Of a DNA stretch of 64,000 bases, positions 1 through 13,908 are shown one piece after another. Each line of letters begins with the position of its first letter. Position 1 is the first letter of the stretch. This stretch comes from Octopus bimaculoides (taxonomy: Eukaryota). The notes under the pieces are model-generated. The model saw only the letters and a list, made by a program, of their open reading frames with translations. It searched no databases and was not told the origin of the DNA. Made by a program: the position numbers and the translations under genes. The stretch lies in assembly GCF_001194135.2 (NCBI RefSeq), contig NC_069006.1, forward strand, positions 6,666,256 through 6,730,255, given 5' to 3'.

Positions 1-231
1 CATCAATAGGGATCGTGTATCACAGTCGATGTAAAAAACGGGGAACAGATTAGGTTTATCCATGGAGAGAAAAGCCTACGGAAAAGACCACGGTCACCTC
101 AGGCTTTCTTTTTTTTATTTAAAGGTACATGAAAGTACCTTCTCTCTTTTTGTCTCTTTTTGTTACAAGTCTATGCTTAAAATGGTGTCGTCTTTCATTC
201 TTACCATTCTTGCCACATTTACCCATTTTTT

Positions 232-352
232 ATAGATAGATAGACAGACAGATCGACAGATAGATAAATAGATAGATAGATAGATAGATGGATAGATGGA
301 TGGATGGATGGATGGATGGATGGATGGATGGATAGATAGATAGATAGATATA
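232..352. repeat. Compound (TAGA)n/(TGGA)n tetranucleotide microsatellite
   Basis: Directly visible tandem units. Confidence 0.95.
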
Positions 353-720
353 AAATAAATCTTCTGTTTTTAACCTACAAAAAGAGACAAAGAATGATTT
401 CCTGTTTTTATATGCTTCACTTAACAGCTACTCATAAAAAGCCCCAATCTGGAAATTCATTCCATGAATTTCAGTTTGACAAAATTATTGATTTAGTTTG
501 AATTTAAAATGGATTTACTGGATTCATCCACAAATATGTTGATACGGAATAAAAATTTCTTTGTGAACACAAATACTACACTAGAATTTTCCAGTTAAAA
601 AAGAAAACAATTTGAAATCTACAAGCACAAACATAGAAATATATATATTATCAAAAAATCATTTTATATTATGATACATAATATTATATAATGATATTAC
701 ATAATAATAATAAAAATAAT

Positions 721-911
721 AATGGTTTCAAATTTTGGCAGAAGGCCAGCAAGTTGTGGGAAGGAGGTAAGTTGATTACATCGACCCCAGTGTTCAATTG
801 GTACTTATTTTATCGACCCCAAAAAGGCAAAGTCGACCTCAGTGGAATTTGAACAGACGAAATGCCATTAAACATTCTGCCCACTATGCTAACAATTCTG
901 CCAGCTGGCAG
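721..911 (-). mobile_element. tRNA-derived SINE, family B
   Basis: Reverse complement reads gccagctggcagaattgttagc...gttcaaattccactgaggtcgactttgcc...ggggtcgataaaataagtacc...ctggggtcgatgtaatc; more than 10 homologous copies in the window. Confidence 0.85.
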
Positions 912-2514
912 AATTGTTAGCATATATAATTCAAACTGTAAATATTTTTAAAACAAGAATTTATAGTCCTTCCAACTTATTTGAATGTTATCTAAAAAAT
1001 ATTTAAATAGCAATTGTTAATAAGTTATTTTCATAGGTAGAAGAATGAAGGGCTACTTGCCCTCAGATAAGTGACTAATTAATATATACCAAAAAAATCA
1101 CAATTTGATTTCTGTAGATATTCTTTTAATTTTTAACTCCAAGCTATAGGCTTCCTCTGAGTTAAAGTGATCCCCTAACACTTGAGGCAACCAAAGATGG
1201 GCCATGACCTATATTAGCCCATACATAAACCTGGCCCTACCTATGGTCAAAGGCATCATCCAACTCATGACCATTCCTTCTTTGTTTTTGTCATTCTAGA
1301 CTTGTCCTTCCTTTTTGTACAATGGTAGAGCATTATTCAAGAAAGAGAGATTTGGTTGTTATTTCTAGCAGTCAAGTAACTATGTAAAGGTTGCTATATT
1401 GGCCTGTAAAAGTAGTGTAACATTATTTTTTATAACAAATTTTGATATTCACAGATAAATTATTGGAGCATCTGTATTTACAACCTTTTCCACCTCTTAA
1501 TTGCTCAGCCATGAAAGCAGAGAATTAATTCATTTCTGTTCTACAGTTGTCTAAGGTAGATAGAGTAATATGCCTTGTCTTCATTCATAATGTTGCTATG
1601 TATATAGCAATGTTTGAACTGATGACCTTGTGATGATACTGTCAGGCCTAAATACATTAATCTATTTGCTTCAGTAAAAATACATAAAAAACATCTAGAT
1701 TCCCCTGGTGAAACAAGATGAATATATATAAGCTGTTAACTGGCATTATAGAGAAGAGCATACTACATTAAGTTAGCAACAAAAAAAAACCAGAAGAAAG
1801 AAAACAACAGGGACTGCTTACTTATATTGATTCAGCAGTATAAAGTCCCACACCTGTTGTGGTATTAAAGGGAGAGTGGGGTTGAGGTAGGGGTCTACGG
1901 TAGTGGGTATGTTTGCTTTTTTTTTTTTTTTTTTTTTTAAGTAAGAAAGTGCTTTGTAGTCTTGCATGAGAGAGGATTATAAAAGGAGGAAAACTATGTG
2001 ATCACTGGAAATGAAAACTGAATTGATGGAACCTTTTTTGTAATGGTAGATTAAGCTATGAGTAAAACTAGACAAAAGACTTTAGTGAAGACTCAGGGGA
2101 ACAAACAGGCTATATTGTCAGAGTTGATGAAGTTGAAGGAAACACATTTGGAAATGGTCCATAAAGTGGAGTTGCAGTTTAGTCAAGATCAAAAATTAGA
2201 AAGGCTACAAGCATGTAAATGTGTGTGCGTGTGAGTGTGTGTGTGTCCGTGTCCATGTGGTGAGCTATTGTATGTATGTAGTTAGAGTGTGTATGCAAAC
2301 ATGTACACCTCCACAAACATAATTCTCCTGAAAACTGAAACCTTGTCATGTTTTAATCAAGATGAAGGAAAAAACAATAACAACAACATCAACAATACTA
2401 GATATGTTTCCTTGATAAACACAACTTCATCGACAAATCAAACTGAATCAATGGCGCTAGAGTTAAACTAGTTGGCAACAAATCTTTCTAACTGACAAAA
2501 AAAATGATTGAGTT

Positions 2515-2823
2515 CTATATGTATATATTTATCTATCTACATATACACACACATATATATATATATATCTACACACACACACACATATATATATATATAT
2601 CTACACACACACACACACATATATTTATATATACATATATTCATACATAAATATATATACATATTATACATACATACATATATATACATATTATACATAC
2701 ATACATATACATATTATACATACATACATATACATATTATACATACATATATATATATATACACACACACACATCTTAATGAGTAAGGAAGCAAGAAAGA
2801 TATAGAGAGGGCTGATATAGAGG

Positions 2824-2875
<52 letters not shown>
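2515..2875. repeat. (TA)n/(CA)n/(TACA)n and (GT)n microsatellite block
   Basis: Directly visible; explains the low-complexity ORFs listed here. Confidence 0.95.
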
Positions 2876-2876
<1 letters not shown>

Positions 2877-4019
2877 AGAAAGAGAAATATTGTTGTGACA
2901 AGAAATAGTGAGTATGAAACTTTTCCTTTGTTTAAAACCTTCAACTCCAGTATTCAAAACACAAGTGTAAAATATGTCAATATTCATTGCAAACGGCTGG
3001 CTGCCAGCTTTCAATTAAAATGTCCCACAATGCACCTGAACCTGAAGTGACAATAATGACTTGAAAGCAGTCATCAGAGGCATAAAAATTTAGTCAATCT
3101 AGTGCTTTCTGGGTCCTTGTTGAGTTCACCAAACATGAAGAGGAATATATTTTGAAATCAGCGAATAACTGTAGAAGCTTCCAATGCCTGAACATAGACA
3201 GAAAAGGAAATCTCAAGTACTTATCTCTAATCACAAACAAGTAATGGTGAGAGTTAGACTATGAAAGAAGACCTCTGAAGTCAATATGAGATAATCAAAT
3301 AAACACTCAGAAGGTTTTGTATCAGAAGGATGGTAGAACTAGGGTTTCAATTCCAAGCAAGGGATACATTCAAATTTCTAATGTCTTCCACATAAAATGC
3401 CAACTTCTTAGAGCTGACAGTGCCTTAATTAAGTCACTCCAGGATGACATATAAGTTTATGTAAACCTGTGATTCCAGTAGGAAATGACATAACAGAACA
3501 TCAAATAGGAACATCTGTAGCTGTGTTATTTTTCCTAGGTAGCTGTTAAAATGTCATAACTACACAGTGTTAATTCTGTATACCAATGAAGGGTCTTATC
3601 TTTCATTGTTTTGTTTTTGTTTTTTTGCCTCTACCTTTGTGAGAAAATATGAATGCAACTGTTTATCAGTGATCAGTGTCATGTTGTCAAATAAAAAAGC
3701 CCTGAAGTTTCTATTTTAGTTATAGCTCCCTAGGTGAGAAAGAGTGCTGGGAAAGAAGGGTTGAAGTTCTAGTCTCAGAAGCATTAGTTTCAGCATGTTA
3801 TGGAACTTCAGGGACAAGATAGAGAAAGAAGGAGGGAGACAGAGAGTATAATCATGGTATGGGCCAGCACAAAAATAGCATCTTTGCATCTAAGTTCATT
3901 CGTTCATGACAGTAGCAGTCTACCCACTCATTCCTAAAGGAGCAGGAGTCTGTTTTGTTATAGATTCATTTAGGGTACTAAGAGGGGGGAGGTGAAGGTA
4001 GACTTTTACTTAAACTCTG

Positions 4020-4243
4020 CAGGCATGGTTGTGTGGAATAAAGTTTGCTTCCCAACCACATAGTTCCATGTTCAGTCTCACTGTGTGGCACTTTGGCCAA
4101 GTGTCTTCTGCTATAGCCTCAAGTCGATCAAAGCCTTGTGAGTGGATTTGGCAGACAGGAACTGAAAGAAGCCCATCATGTGAGCATATATATATATATC
4201 ATCGTCGTTTAACATCCGCTTTCCATGCTAGCATGGGCTGGGC

Positions 4244-4294
<51 letters not shown>

Positions 4295-4508
4295 TACTTG
4301 TGTGTTTGTATCTGTGTTTGGCGCCCACCACAACTGGTGTTGCTGTGTTTATGTCCTTGTAACGTACCAGTTCAGTAAAAGAGACCAACAATAAGTACCA
4401 GTCTAAAAAAAAAAGTACTGGGATCAATTAATTTGACTAAAATTCTTCAAGGCAGTACTCCAGCATGGCCACAGTCTAATAACTGAAATGAATGACAGAT
4501 AAAAGATC
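4020..4508 (+). mobile_element. Full-length SINE family C with internal (TA)n and a nested ~45-nt RTE tail
   Basis: tRNA-like head, ctttggccaagtgtcttct core, gaaactgaaagaagccc motif, internal microsatellite, tail ending ctccagcatggccacagtc...actgaaa; nested tcgtcgtttaacatccgctttccatgctagcatggg at ~4198-4245. Confidence 0.85.
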
Positions 4509-4783
4509 CCCCAGAGCAGTTTCCAAAGCAAAAAGTCTGGATGTTTAAAGTTTCTTAAAGAGTTTTTGTCAAATATTACCAGGAAAGATCCCCAAAATAA
4601 TGAATCTCCAATAATTTCTTCTCAATTATTCATCAGCAGTTACAGTTTGAAATCATGGAATTAACTTGCCACGAATATACTTCAGAACTTCACTTACCAA
4701 TGAAATTTTGACAACTGTAAAGTCTAGATCAATGTAAAATTATAACATTAATGTACATAAATCCTATTTATCCTTGATACAAC

Positions 4784-4785
<2 letters not shown>

Positions 4786-4826
<41 letters not shown>
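4786..4826. repeat. (AAT)n microsatellite
   Basis: Directly visible. Confidence 0.95.
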
Positions 4827-5359
4827 TAGATGGCGACTTCAGATATTTTCAGTAATTCATACTAACAACAACTTTGTAGCCAGTTTTAGGAGCTTATTGG
4901 TTTCCTCGTTAGGTAATCACAAAATCATTATTTTGCAGCATGACTAAATATGTTTTAAGCATATTAACTTATTATAAACATATACAGTTAATAAAGTTAT
5001 TAGTGATTGATTTAGGGATGGGCAAGTCACTGACTTGTTTATTTTAGTAAAACTAACACGACTCTAGTTTTCACTTTTAAAACTTAAGATTTATAATCAG
5101 CAAGTTAAAGCTTGAAATCTATGATTCCAGCCAATTCTGACAGTAGTGGCAACTTGCTGTTGTCTGTATTTCAGATCCTTGTCAAGAAGTGTGTGTGCGT
5201 GTGCGTGTGCGTGTGCGTGTGTGTGTGTGACTTTTGGATTTCACCATGGTATGGCTCTGCCTGTCATCCTTTCGGGGTCAACAAAAATAAGTACTGGTTG
5301 AATACTGGGGTCAATATAATCAACTTAACTACTCCTGAGTAAGAGTATAAACATTGCGC

Positions 5360-5540
5360 CCCTCGGCCAAACCATGTCAAACCAGTGTAGCAGAGTAGGT
5401 TCATCAAACCATTATGCTCTCAAGCTCAAATTCACAATCTCCACATCAGACTGTGGTTGAGGGAGAGAACATGCTGAGATCATTGTCCTGCAACAGACTG
5501 AACATGGGCATTCCAATCCAATCCAGTCCGATCCAGATAT
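5360..5540 (+). mobile_element. Dispersed repeat, probably a LINE 3' end; homologous to 10640-10845
   Basis: ctcaagctcaaattcacaatctccacatcagactgtggttg matches the reverse complement of the 10.7-kb copy (ctcaagctcaaattcatggtctccacatcagactatggttg). Confidence 0.6.
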
Positions 5541-5788
5541 GACCTTCAGTGATAATGAGTTATTAGAATTTTGTTAAGTGTATTAATCAATGATTACTTC
5601 CCAGGGTTTTCAAATAGTATACCCACACATATATACAGACACTCACAAACACAAAAATCAGGGTCTCTTGAACACTCATATACACACATGTCTGAGAAAA
5701 ATTATATTTAAAAGAGATTATTTTGTCCTGTCTTTGGATTTATTAAGTGAAAAAGGGTAAACAAAAAAAGTCTGTAAATACATTAATG

Positions 5789-5826
<38 letters not shown>

Positions 5827-5874
5827 AATATATATATACATGCACACGTATATACATACAAATATACACACACA

Positions 5875-5906
<32 letters not shown>

Positions 5907-7611
5907 NNNNNNNNNNNNNNNNNNNNNNNNNNNNNNNNNNNNNNNNNNNNNNNNNNNNNNNNNNNNNNNNNNNNNNNNNNNNNNNNNNNNNNNNNNNNNN
6001 NNNNNNNNNNNNNNNNNNNNNNNNNNNNNNNNNNNNNNNNNNNNNNNNNNNNNNNNNNNNNNNNNNNNNNNNNNNNNNNNNNNNNNNNNNNNNNNNNNNN
6101 NNNNNNNNNNNNNNNNNNNNNNNNNNNNNNNNNNNNNNNNNNNNNNNNNNNNNNNNNNNNNNNNNNNNNNNNNNNNNNNNNNNNNNNNNNNNNNNNNNNN
6201 NNNNNNNNNNNNNNNNNNNNNNNNNNNNNNNNNNNNNNNNNNNNNNNNNNNNNNNNNNNNNNNNNNNNNNNNNNNNNNNNNNNNNNNNNNNNNNNNNNNN
6301 NNNNNNNNNNNNNNNNNNNNNNNNNNNNNNNNNNNNNNNNNNNNNNNNNNNNNNNNNNNNNNNNNNNNNNNNNNNNNNNNNNNNNNNNNNNNNNNNNNNN
6401 NNNNNNNNNNNNNNNNNNNNNNNNNNNNNNNNNNNNNNNNNNNNNNNNNNNNNNNNNNNNNNNNNNNNNNNNNNNNNNNNNNNNNNNNNNNNNNNNNNNN
6501 NNNNNATATATACACAAATATATATATTTATACACACACACTGGCATTTTATGTGTGTGTATGTATATATATATATATATATATTTGTTCTATACATTAT
6601 AACAAATCTTATGCACCAATTCCTTTATAATGCACTGGAAAAAGTCATAGAAACCTGTATATTTATATCTAATGCTTGTAGTGGAGTTTTAATACTAAGA
6701 ATCATAAAAAAAAAGAGAGGAAGAAATAGATTTTAAAAATACCTATAAGGATTAAGTAATAGCTTGTAAAGGAGAAAAATAGGACTTATCAATGCAAGCC
6801 ATTTTCATTTGTTATTTACTAAAAAACAGTATGTATATAAATACAGTAATATCTAAATTCAAAAGATAATCAGAAAGAATGAAGATAACAATGCCAACAT
6901 TATTTTTAGTTGTTTATATATATATATATAAAAATATATATTTGTTTATTTTCTTTTATAATCCTAGTAGAAATTCTTGGTCTGTATGTTCCACTTTAGT
7001 CCTTGGAAAATAACAGAAGAAAAGGAAAAAATAAACAAGATAGAATCTTGAATTACCTCGCCATTGTAATTATGTCTTTAAAAAAAATCTTTTGAATTAT
7101 TTGAGTACACACCACACACACACACACACACACACAAACATGCAGACACATAATCCAGATATACACATAAACACCGGTGAGTAATAATAAAGAAGCAAAT
7201 ATATAAATGTTAATGTGTGTATGTTATAAATTTGCAACTCACTATAAGAGGAATTATTTCTGTAAAATACAAATATGACTTATGTTGTTCAAGTCGCAGA
7301 ACATAAACACTCAAGCATTATAAACAAGATCAAGCTTCCAATGATCATATCAACATAGATTCATTCATTTCTTTGTTCAGTTTTGTGTTCATTTTTCCAC
7401 TCCAGCATGGGTTGGATGACATCTGTTGTGGCAGATTTTCACCTGCAAGATGCTCCTTCTGTCCACAGTCCTTGCTGTTTTTCCAAGTAAGGCATTTTTG
7501 TCATACTACACTAGTCTTCATACATGAAAATCTGAAAATATGGGGTAATTTTGCTTTGTTTTATTTTTTCTTTTGTTTTTTGTTTGTTTGTTTGTGTTTT
7601 ACTTACCACTG

Positions 7612-7935
7612 GCACTCCATTGTTTATGATGACAAGGGTTTCCAGTTGAGACAATCAACAGAACGACCTGCTCACGGAAGGAATGCGTAAGTAGCTGAGT
7701 GCTCCACAGGCACACATACCCTTATTGTACTTCTGTGGGAGATTTAGCATGACACAGAACGTGACAAGGCTGTACCTTTTGAGTTACAGGTACAATTCAT
7801 TTTTTGCCTGCTGAGTGGACTGGAGCAATGTGAAATAAAGTGCCTTGCTCAAGGACACAATGTGCCACTAGGAATGGAACTCATGACCTGACAATTGTGA
7901 GGTGAATGCCCTAACCATTAAGCCATGCACTTTCA
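7612..7935 (-). mobile_element. tRNA-derived SINE, family D
   Basis: Reverse-complement match to copies at 26575 and 37965 (gtgtccttgagcaag core; ctgtggagcactcagc tail). Confidence 0.85.
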
Positions 7936-8014
7936 TTCTTTGCTTACCACAGACTGTAAATGAAGACACTGGGGTGGCATAAATGAGAACATACAGAACA
8001 ATATTTACACAGGA

Positions 8015-8145
8015 ACACACACCATCAGTTTTCCATGCTAGTATGGGTAGGATTTTTCAACAGGATCCAAAAGGTTAGAGACTACAACTTGCTCTAATGT
8101 CTCAATTTTGATATGACTTCCACAGATGGATGCCCTTCCTAACAC
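8015..8145 (-). mobile_element. Decayed RTE 3' tail (family A)
   Basis: ttttccatgctagtatggg...ggatgcccttcctaacacc matches other family A copies. Confidence 0.7.
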
Positions 8146-8394
8146 CAAACACACACACACACACACACATAGTTTCTATCTAACAAATTCCCCTCTTAGG
8201 ATATTGGTCAAATAGAAGCTGTGACAATTGAGATATCACACACCAAATCTGCACTGACTCCATAAAGAGGAGGAACTCAAAAACATCTTTCCATGGGCTC
8301 ATGCCAATCCTGTCATCTTCAGTAACAAAAAGACAAGCAGAAATTCTATCAAAACTAGACATTAGTTTTTTTTTTTAGTTTTTTTTTTATCAAG

Positions 8395-8825
8395 GCATCT
8401 TGCAGTCAGGCTGATTACGTGGGCCAACCTGACTACCTCTCTCCATCCCTCTCAATCTTCCATTAGTGTTTTTAGGTCTTCAACTTGGCTTCCAACATCT
8501 TCTACAAACTTTGTATATACGTCTTCCATGGTCATTCAGCCGCTGTGGTACCATGATTTCGTGTCCACAGAAACACATTACTCAAGTTCTTTACTTCTCC
8601 AGCAGTGGCCAGCAAACCTCAATCTCCGCTCTTGGAAGGTTGATGAGAGAGTTGGTACTTTCCCATATAACCGTTGTTTTGTTGGGTGTTCCCTCCAAGA
8701 GATGTTGAGGAGCACTGCACGTAGTATTCTGGTGTAGGTACCATCCAGCATGCATCTGAGTCTCTTGGTGAGAGTCCAAGCTGGAGATCCATATACAAGC
8801 ACAGATTCAACAATTGCTCTGATTA
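8395..8825 (-). mobile_element. RTE-clade LINE ORF2 C-terminal fragment (5'-truncated, frameshifted)
   Basis: Translation VESVLVYGSPAWTLTKRLRCMLDGTYTRILRAVLLNISWREHPTKQRLYGKVPTLSSTFQERRLRFAGHCWRSKE matches the RTE post-RT motifs LLYGxETWT and RRLRFxGHCxR. Confidence 0.9.
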
Positions 8826-9327
8826 GTAATAGACCATCTTTACTCTAATAAACATGAACAACATGCATCTACAGCTGAAGACACTTAACCAAGGTGCTGG
8901 TTAAGTGTGAGAGAGAGTGTACAAAATAGCTCAGTACTTTCTACTCAAATCAAGAAAACACTATCACACCGCACTTGAAGATGAGCTGCACTCAACTAGA
9001 ACACTCACTGGTGACTGATTACTCTAAATACTCAGCCTCACATCCTTAACAAAGCTAGGATTACATCTCTCTCACATTGTTTCCCCATATACTGTGAACT
9101 TTAGATTCCCTCAGTTTAAACACAAATACGCAGGTATGTACCAACTTCACTTATTGAGATCTCACTAATGGTGTTACTTAATACTCACACAATATACATA
9201 CATTCCACTTTGATACTTATTTAGATATTTGTACAACCCTATTCTCTTCCATTACACACATATAAATGTATTTAGGGGCTACCAAGGGTCTGTGAGTACA
9301 TACATATGTGCGTATGTCCATGTATAA

Positions 9328-9329
<2 letters not shown>

Positions 9330-9359
<30 letters not shown>

Positions 9360-9457
9360 ATGTGAGTATGTACATACATGAGCATATATATATATGTTGT
9401 GTGTGTGTGTGTGTATGTGTATTATATACATATATTCATGTACATGTGTGTGTGTGA

Positions 9458-9491
<34 letters not shown>

Positions 9492-9535
9492 AAGAGAGAG
9501 AGAGAAAGAGAGAGAGAGAAAGAGAGAGAGAGAGC
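9330..9535. repeat. Compound (GT)n/(TA)n block and (AGAGAGAGAAAG)n repeat
   Basis: Directly visible. Confidence 0.9.
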
Positions 9536-9780
9536 ATGTATGTGTTGTAGGTAGGATTTGGGAGTAGTTATGCGTGACTGACAGCAAAATGACATAGAAA
9601 TAAAACAACAAACTAAGAACAACAAAAAAATGTAAGCGTTTCAAATAAGTGTTGACTGGAATCCTTGTTGCTAGTTAAAGATTTATTGCTCAACCTTTAA
9701 TCATGAGCCCTTTCAGGTTCATAACCCTGACAGGCTTATTTTTGTTCTCATTGATATATTGATAGTTTGGATATCAGCTG

Positions 9781-9875
9781 CACAAGGCTATAGAGCTTTA
9801 CAGATGTAGTACATGATGGCTTTTTGTTTCCTAATGAAGTGGACCTCTAAAATCCTGAGATTTATAGTGTATGCA
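9781..9875 (+). repeat. 95-bp direct repeat, copy 1
   Basis: cacaaggctatagagc...atttatagtgtatgca; 91/95 identical to 11350-11444. Confidence 0.9.
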
Positions 9876-9907
9876 TGCATTCATGCATGCATGAATGCAT
9901 GCATGAG

Positions 9908-9963
<56 letters not shown>

Positions 9964-10454
9964 NNNNNNNNNNNNNNNNNNNNNNNNNNNNNNNNNNNNN
10001 NNNNNNNNNNNNNNNNNNNNNNNNNNNNNNNNNNNNNNNNNNNNNNNNNNNNNNNNNNNNNNNNNNNNNNNNNNNNNNNNNNNNNNNNNNNNNNNNNNNN
10101 NNNNNNNNNNNNNNNNNNNNNNNNNNNNNNNNNNNNNNNNNNNNNNNNNNNNNNNNNNNNNNNNNNNNNNNNNNNNNNNNNNNNNNNNNNNNNNNNNNNN
10201 NNNNNNNNNNNNNNNNNNNNNNNNNNNNNNNNNNNNNNNNNNNNNNNNNNNNNNNNNNNNNTATATATATATATATTATAGGAAAGTCAACTTATAAATA
10301 AAGTTAGTTTTTAAACATATTTCTTGCATTGTTCTCTCTTGATGGCAGGTATTGTCTCAGAGTGTAGCCACACCTTGTTAGTCTGACATGAAGATGAAAT
10401 CTCCTAAGACAGCTTTACAGCCAGTTTCCTATCTGCTCATTGTAATATAGTGAA

Positions 10455-10620
10455 GGTGCATGGCTTAGTGGTTAGGGCACTGCAATCATGACAGCAAGCT
10501 CTTGGTTTCAAATTCCTTCATTTCATGTTGCTTCGGTCCACTCAGGTGTAAACGAATAAACTTTGTGACAGACCAGCATCCTTTTCAGGAGATATGTTGT
10601 AATCTTAGTCACTTGCTATG
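10455..10620 (+). mobile_element. Partial SINE family D
   Basis: gtgcatggcttagtggttaggg head and tttcatgttgcttcggtccactcag core. Confidence 0.65.
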
Positions 10621-10639
10621 GAAATCGGCTAACTAGCCC

Positions 10640-10845
10640 TGTCAGTCTCCGGGCAGGAGACAATACTTGCATTGGACTGGATTGCCCATGTTCTGTCCAC
10701 TGCAGGATGAGGGTTCCAACAAGTTCTCTCCACCAACCATAGTCTGATGTGGAGACCATGAATTTGAGCTTGAGATCATACTAGTTTGGTGAGCCTATTC
10801 AGCCACACTGGTTCGATATTGCTTGGCAGAGGGATGCTGTTTTTA
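10640..10845 (-). mobile_element. Second copy of the 5360-5540 dispersed repeat
   Basis: Reverse-complement homology to 5360-5540. Confidence 0.6.
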
Positions 10846-10854
10846 TACTCATAC

Positions 10855-11030
10855 TCAGAAGTAGTTAACCTGATTACAGCAGTGCTAAACTGGTACTTGT
10901 TTTCTTGGCCTTGAAGGGATGGAAAGCAAAGTCAACCTCAGCAGAATTTGAACTCAGAATGTAAAGATGGACGGAATACAGCTAAGCATTTCACCTGGCA
11001 TGCTAATGACTTTACCAGCTCACCACCATA
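10855..11030 (-). mobile_element. SINE family B
   Basis: gcaaagtcaacctcagcagaatttgaactcagaa...ccagctcacc. Confidence 0.8.
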
Positions 11031-11349
11031 AGACAGCAGATTGATGTTAACTCAATTTTTGTAGCATTTCTCTATCTCTTACTTTTTCATCTCTCTATTT
11101 CTCTGCCTTTGCTGCTGCCTCTGTTAGTCTACACCTTTTTGCATGGTCTGTGGATTTGTCTATTCCTTTGATGCACACACACATTTCAAAAAAACAAAAT
11201 AAATGTGGTCCATTGCCTCTATATGTGCTGGGTGATGGATATTGCAGTAAATTTCCTTCTTTGATGATGTTAACTTGTAAAGTGGAGGAACATACATAGG
11301 ATTAACAAAACATCATTGAAACATTAGCAACTACAATAATACTCAGACA

Positions 11350-11444
11350 CACAAGGCTATAGAGCTTTTAAGATGTAGTACATAGTGGCTTTTTGTTTCC
11401 TAATGAAGTGGACCTCTAAAATCCTGAGATTTATAGTGTATGCA
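11350..11444 (+). repeat. 95-bp direct repeat, copy 2
   Basis: See 9781-9875. Confidence 0.9.
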
Positions 11445-11912
11445 CACAGTAAAAAAAAAAAATATACAAACACAGGTTTTAGCTAAAGATACAGATGTTA
11501 AAAACCTCCAGTAAGAAGAGGTACACTTCATTAGGAAACAAGATCCTACACTGAACCATAGACAAGAATTGAATGTAAACAGACATTTGAGATCACTAAA
11601 CAATAAAGATATATAAATATTGTAAAGTGGTTAACAAGTGAGCAAAAATGTAGGATTGAGAGGACTCCTTAGTCTTGTGAAGGGCATGACATCCTCTCAT
11701 ATGCTCATAAAAGGATCCCATTACTCTCTGTAAAGTAATTGGCATTAAGAAAGGCATTAAAACATTTGTCTAACATTCTGTTGATTCTCCTAATCGACTG
11801 CCCTATCTATCTTTCTATGTCAATACACATGCACAAAAGATATATGTAATGTTTAGACACATACACAAACTGGCAAACTGTGTATGTGTGTATATATATT
11901 TATGCATATGTA

Positions 11913-11953
<41 letters not shown>

Positions 11954-12200
11954 CATATATTATATATGAAGTGAGATAAAAATACCGAAATTTTAACAAT
12001 AGAAATCAAATAAAATGATTCTATAAAAGTTAATAAATGGAATCCAGTGAAGTAGAAATGTAGGAATGTATTCAACCTTTAAGAAAATTAATTTCTATTC
12101 AGCAAACATCATCATCTTGAATGGAGGCATTCTACAACAGCAATGGAAACGTTTACTTTCAGAACACAATCCACAATTGGACAGAGGACAATTGATTTGC

Positions 12201-12248
<48 letters not shown>

Positions 12249-12515
12249 TACACAGCAATTATTTGTATTCTGTTTGAAGAAAAGGAAAAATCATAGCAAA
12301 TTGATTTCTTTACAGACCACAAGACAAAAATTGTGGTGGGTGGATGGCTGGGTAGGCATCGTCTGTTGAAAGCAAGAGCTCCTTGTCACTTGCTCTAAAA
12401 AAAGATAAAGCAAGGTATCCTCAATAACTTATTGCTTGAAAGCTTAAAATATTATGCTGCTTGGTTATGTATGGATATATGCATTTCTGTGCTATCCACA
12501 CACATACAAACATAA

Positions 12516-12559
<44 letters not shown>

Positions 12560-13149
12560 TGCTATCATTTTTATAGTATAGGAAGCAAACAAAAATCTTA
12601 AGGCAATAAAATATATTTCACCAAATATTTGTGTTTATGCAGTTCAAAGTGTTGTGTGTTCATAACTTATCTGGGAATTGATTAACAAACCAGCAAACTA
12701 GAAATTCTACAATTCTTTAGCAGGTTAGGTAGAAAGCCAAGAAAGAAAAAGGAAGTTAAACCTATTTATTTAACCTTTAAAGGTCACTGAGATAGAAATG
12801 CCTTACGGGAAGTGTCTATAGCACCTACACTTTTCATTCTTACTCTATGCTGAAGTAGTTTTCCTAAAGACCTTTTATGTTCTTTATACCTGTTTTAAGA
12901 GATTAACACAATCCACTCAACTATTGTGCTCTGAGATGAAATATTAAAATACCTGCAAAATTAAGTACAGAAGTACTGCTTATTTGGTCAAGCATGAGCC
13001 AAGGGAACCAATTCTTGGATGCTTGAGCAGCTAGAAATATCAACCAAATCTCCCTCATCACATTGCATTTTAAAAAAAGGAAAGGAAGTACAAAGTAATA
13101 CAGTGATAGATACTTCCAACAAATGGAATGGTCTTGATTGGAATGCCAT

Positions 13150-13500
13150 TGATGGGTTTGCTTGATCAAGACTGACTTGGAACTGGAACTCCATCATTTA
13201 CAATGTTCCAATTGATCCAATCAACAGAACATCCTGCTCATGAAATAAATGTGCAAGGGAGTGAGCATTAGACAGATACATGTACCCTTAAAGTAGTTCT
13301 CAGGGAGATATAGTATGACACAGGATGTGACAAGGCTGGCCCCTTTGAATTACAGACACAACTCATTTTTGCCAGCTGAGTGGACAGGAGCAATGTAAAA
13401 TAAAAACTCTCGCTCAAGGACAGATACACCACTAGGAATCTTACACACAACCTTATAGTCGAGAGTCGAACATCCCTAACCACTAAGCCATGTGCCTCCA
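13150..13500 (-). mobile_element. SINE family D, full length
   Basis: Reverse-complement match to 26575-26895. Confidence 0.85.
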
Positions 13501-13844
13501 CCCTAGATCTGCACATCAACTCGGTCACCTGTTTAATCCTTGTCACATCTCTGTTGTAAGAGAAGGGAGATAATTCTATCTTCAGCCTGCCTAATTAGCA
13601 ACTGGTACCTCCTCTTCCAGTCTGGATCTCCAGGTAGAGTTCACTATTTTTACCAGAGATGAATGTGACCCTTATTGCAACCAGCATATCACATTGTTGA
13701 TTGCCAGGTGCAGCAGTATGCACACTATTAAGACTCTATTCCTCAGAGAAAATCCTATTCACTTTGTCAATTTCCAACATACAACATTGCACAATGGCTG
13801 CAGAACATGAATTATCAAATGAAATTATTAAATATATTAAATAC

Positions 13845-13908
13845 ATAACATGTTGTAAATATAACATGTTGTAAATGTAACATTTTGCAAATATAACAAG
13901 TTGGAATT
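13845..13908. repeat. 16-bp minisatellite ataacatgttgtaaat, about 4 copies
   Basis: Two perfect and two degenerate units. Confidence 0.8.

Noticed and set aside
3040-3450. Possible ancient RT remnants (also 2040-2215, 32690-32950, 59200-59500)
   Set aside because: Only faint motif resemblance; needs a profile-HMM search before calling.
5743-6736. Long 200-300 aa ORFs, and similar ones at 9.8k, 21.4k, 47.4k, 50.8k, 52.7k and 57k
   Set aside because: They are open only because N-gaps translate as X and the flanks are dinucleotide repeats.
6960-7075. Minus-strand mini gene model giving MARTK...
   Set aside because: It needs a 55-nt intron, ends after 17 aa and does not continue as histone H3; coincidence.
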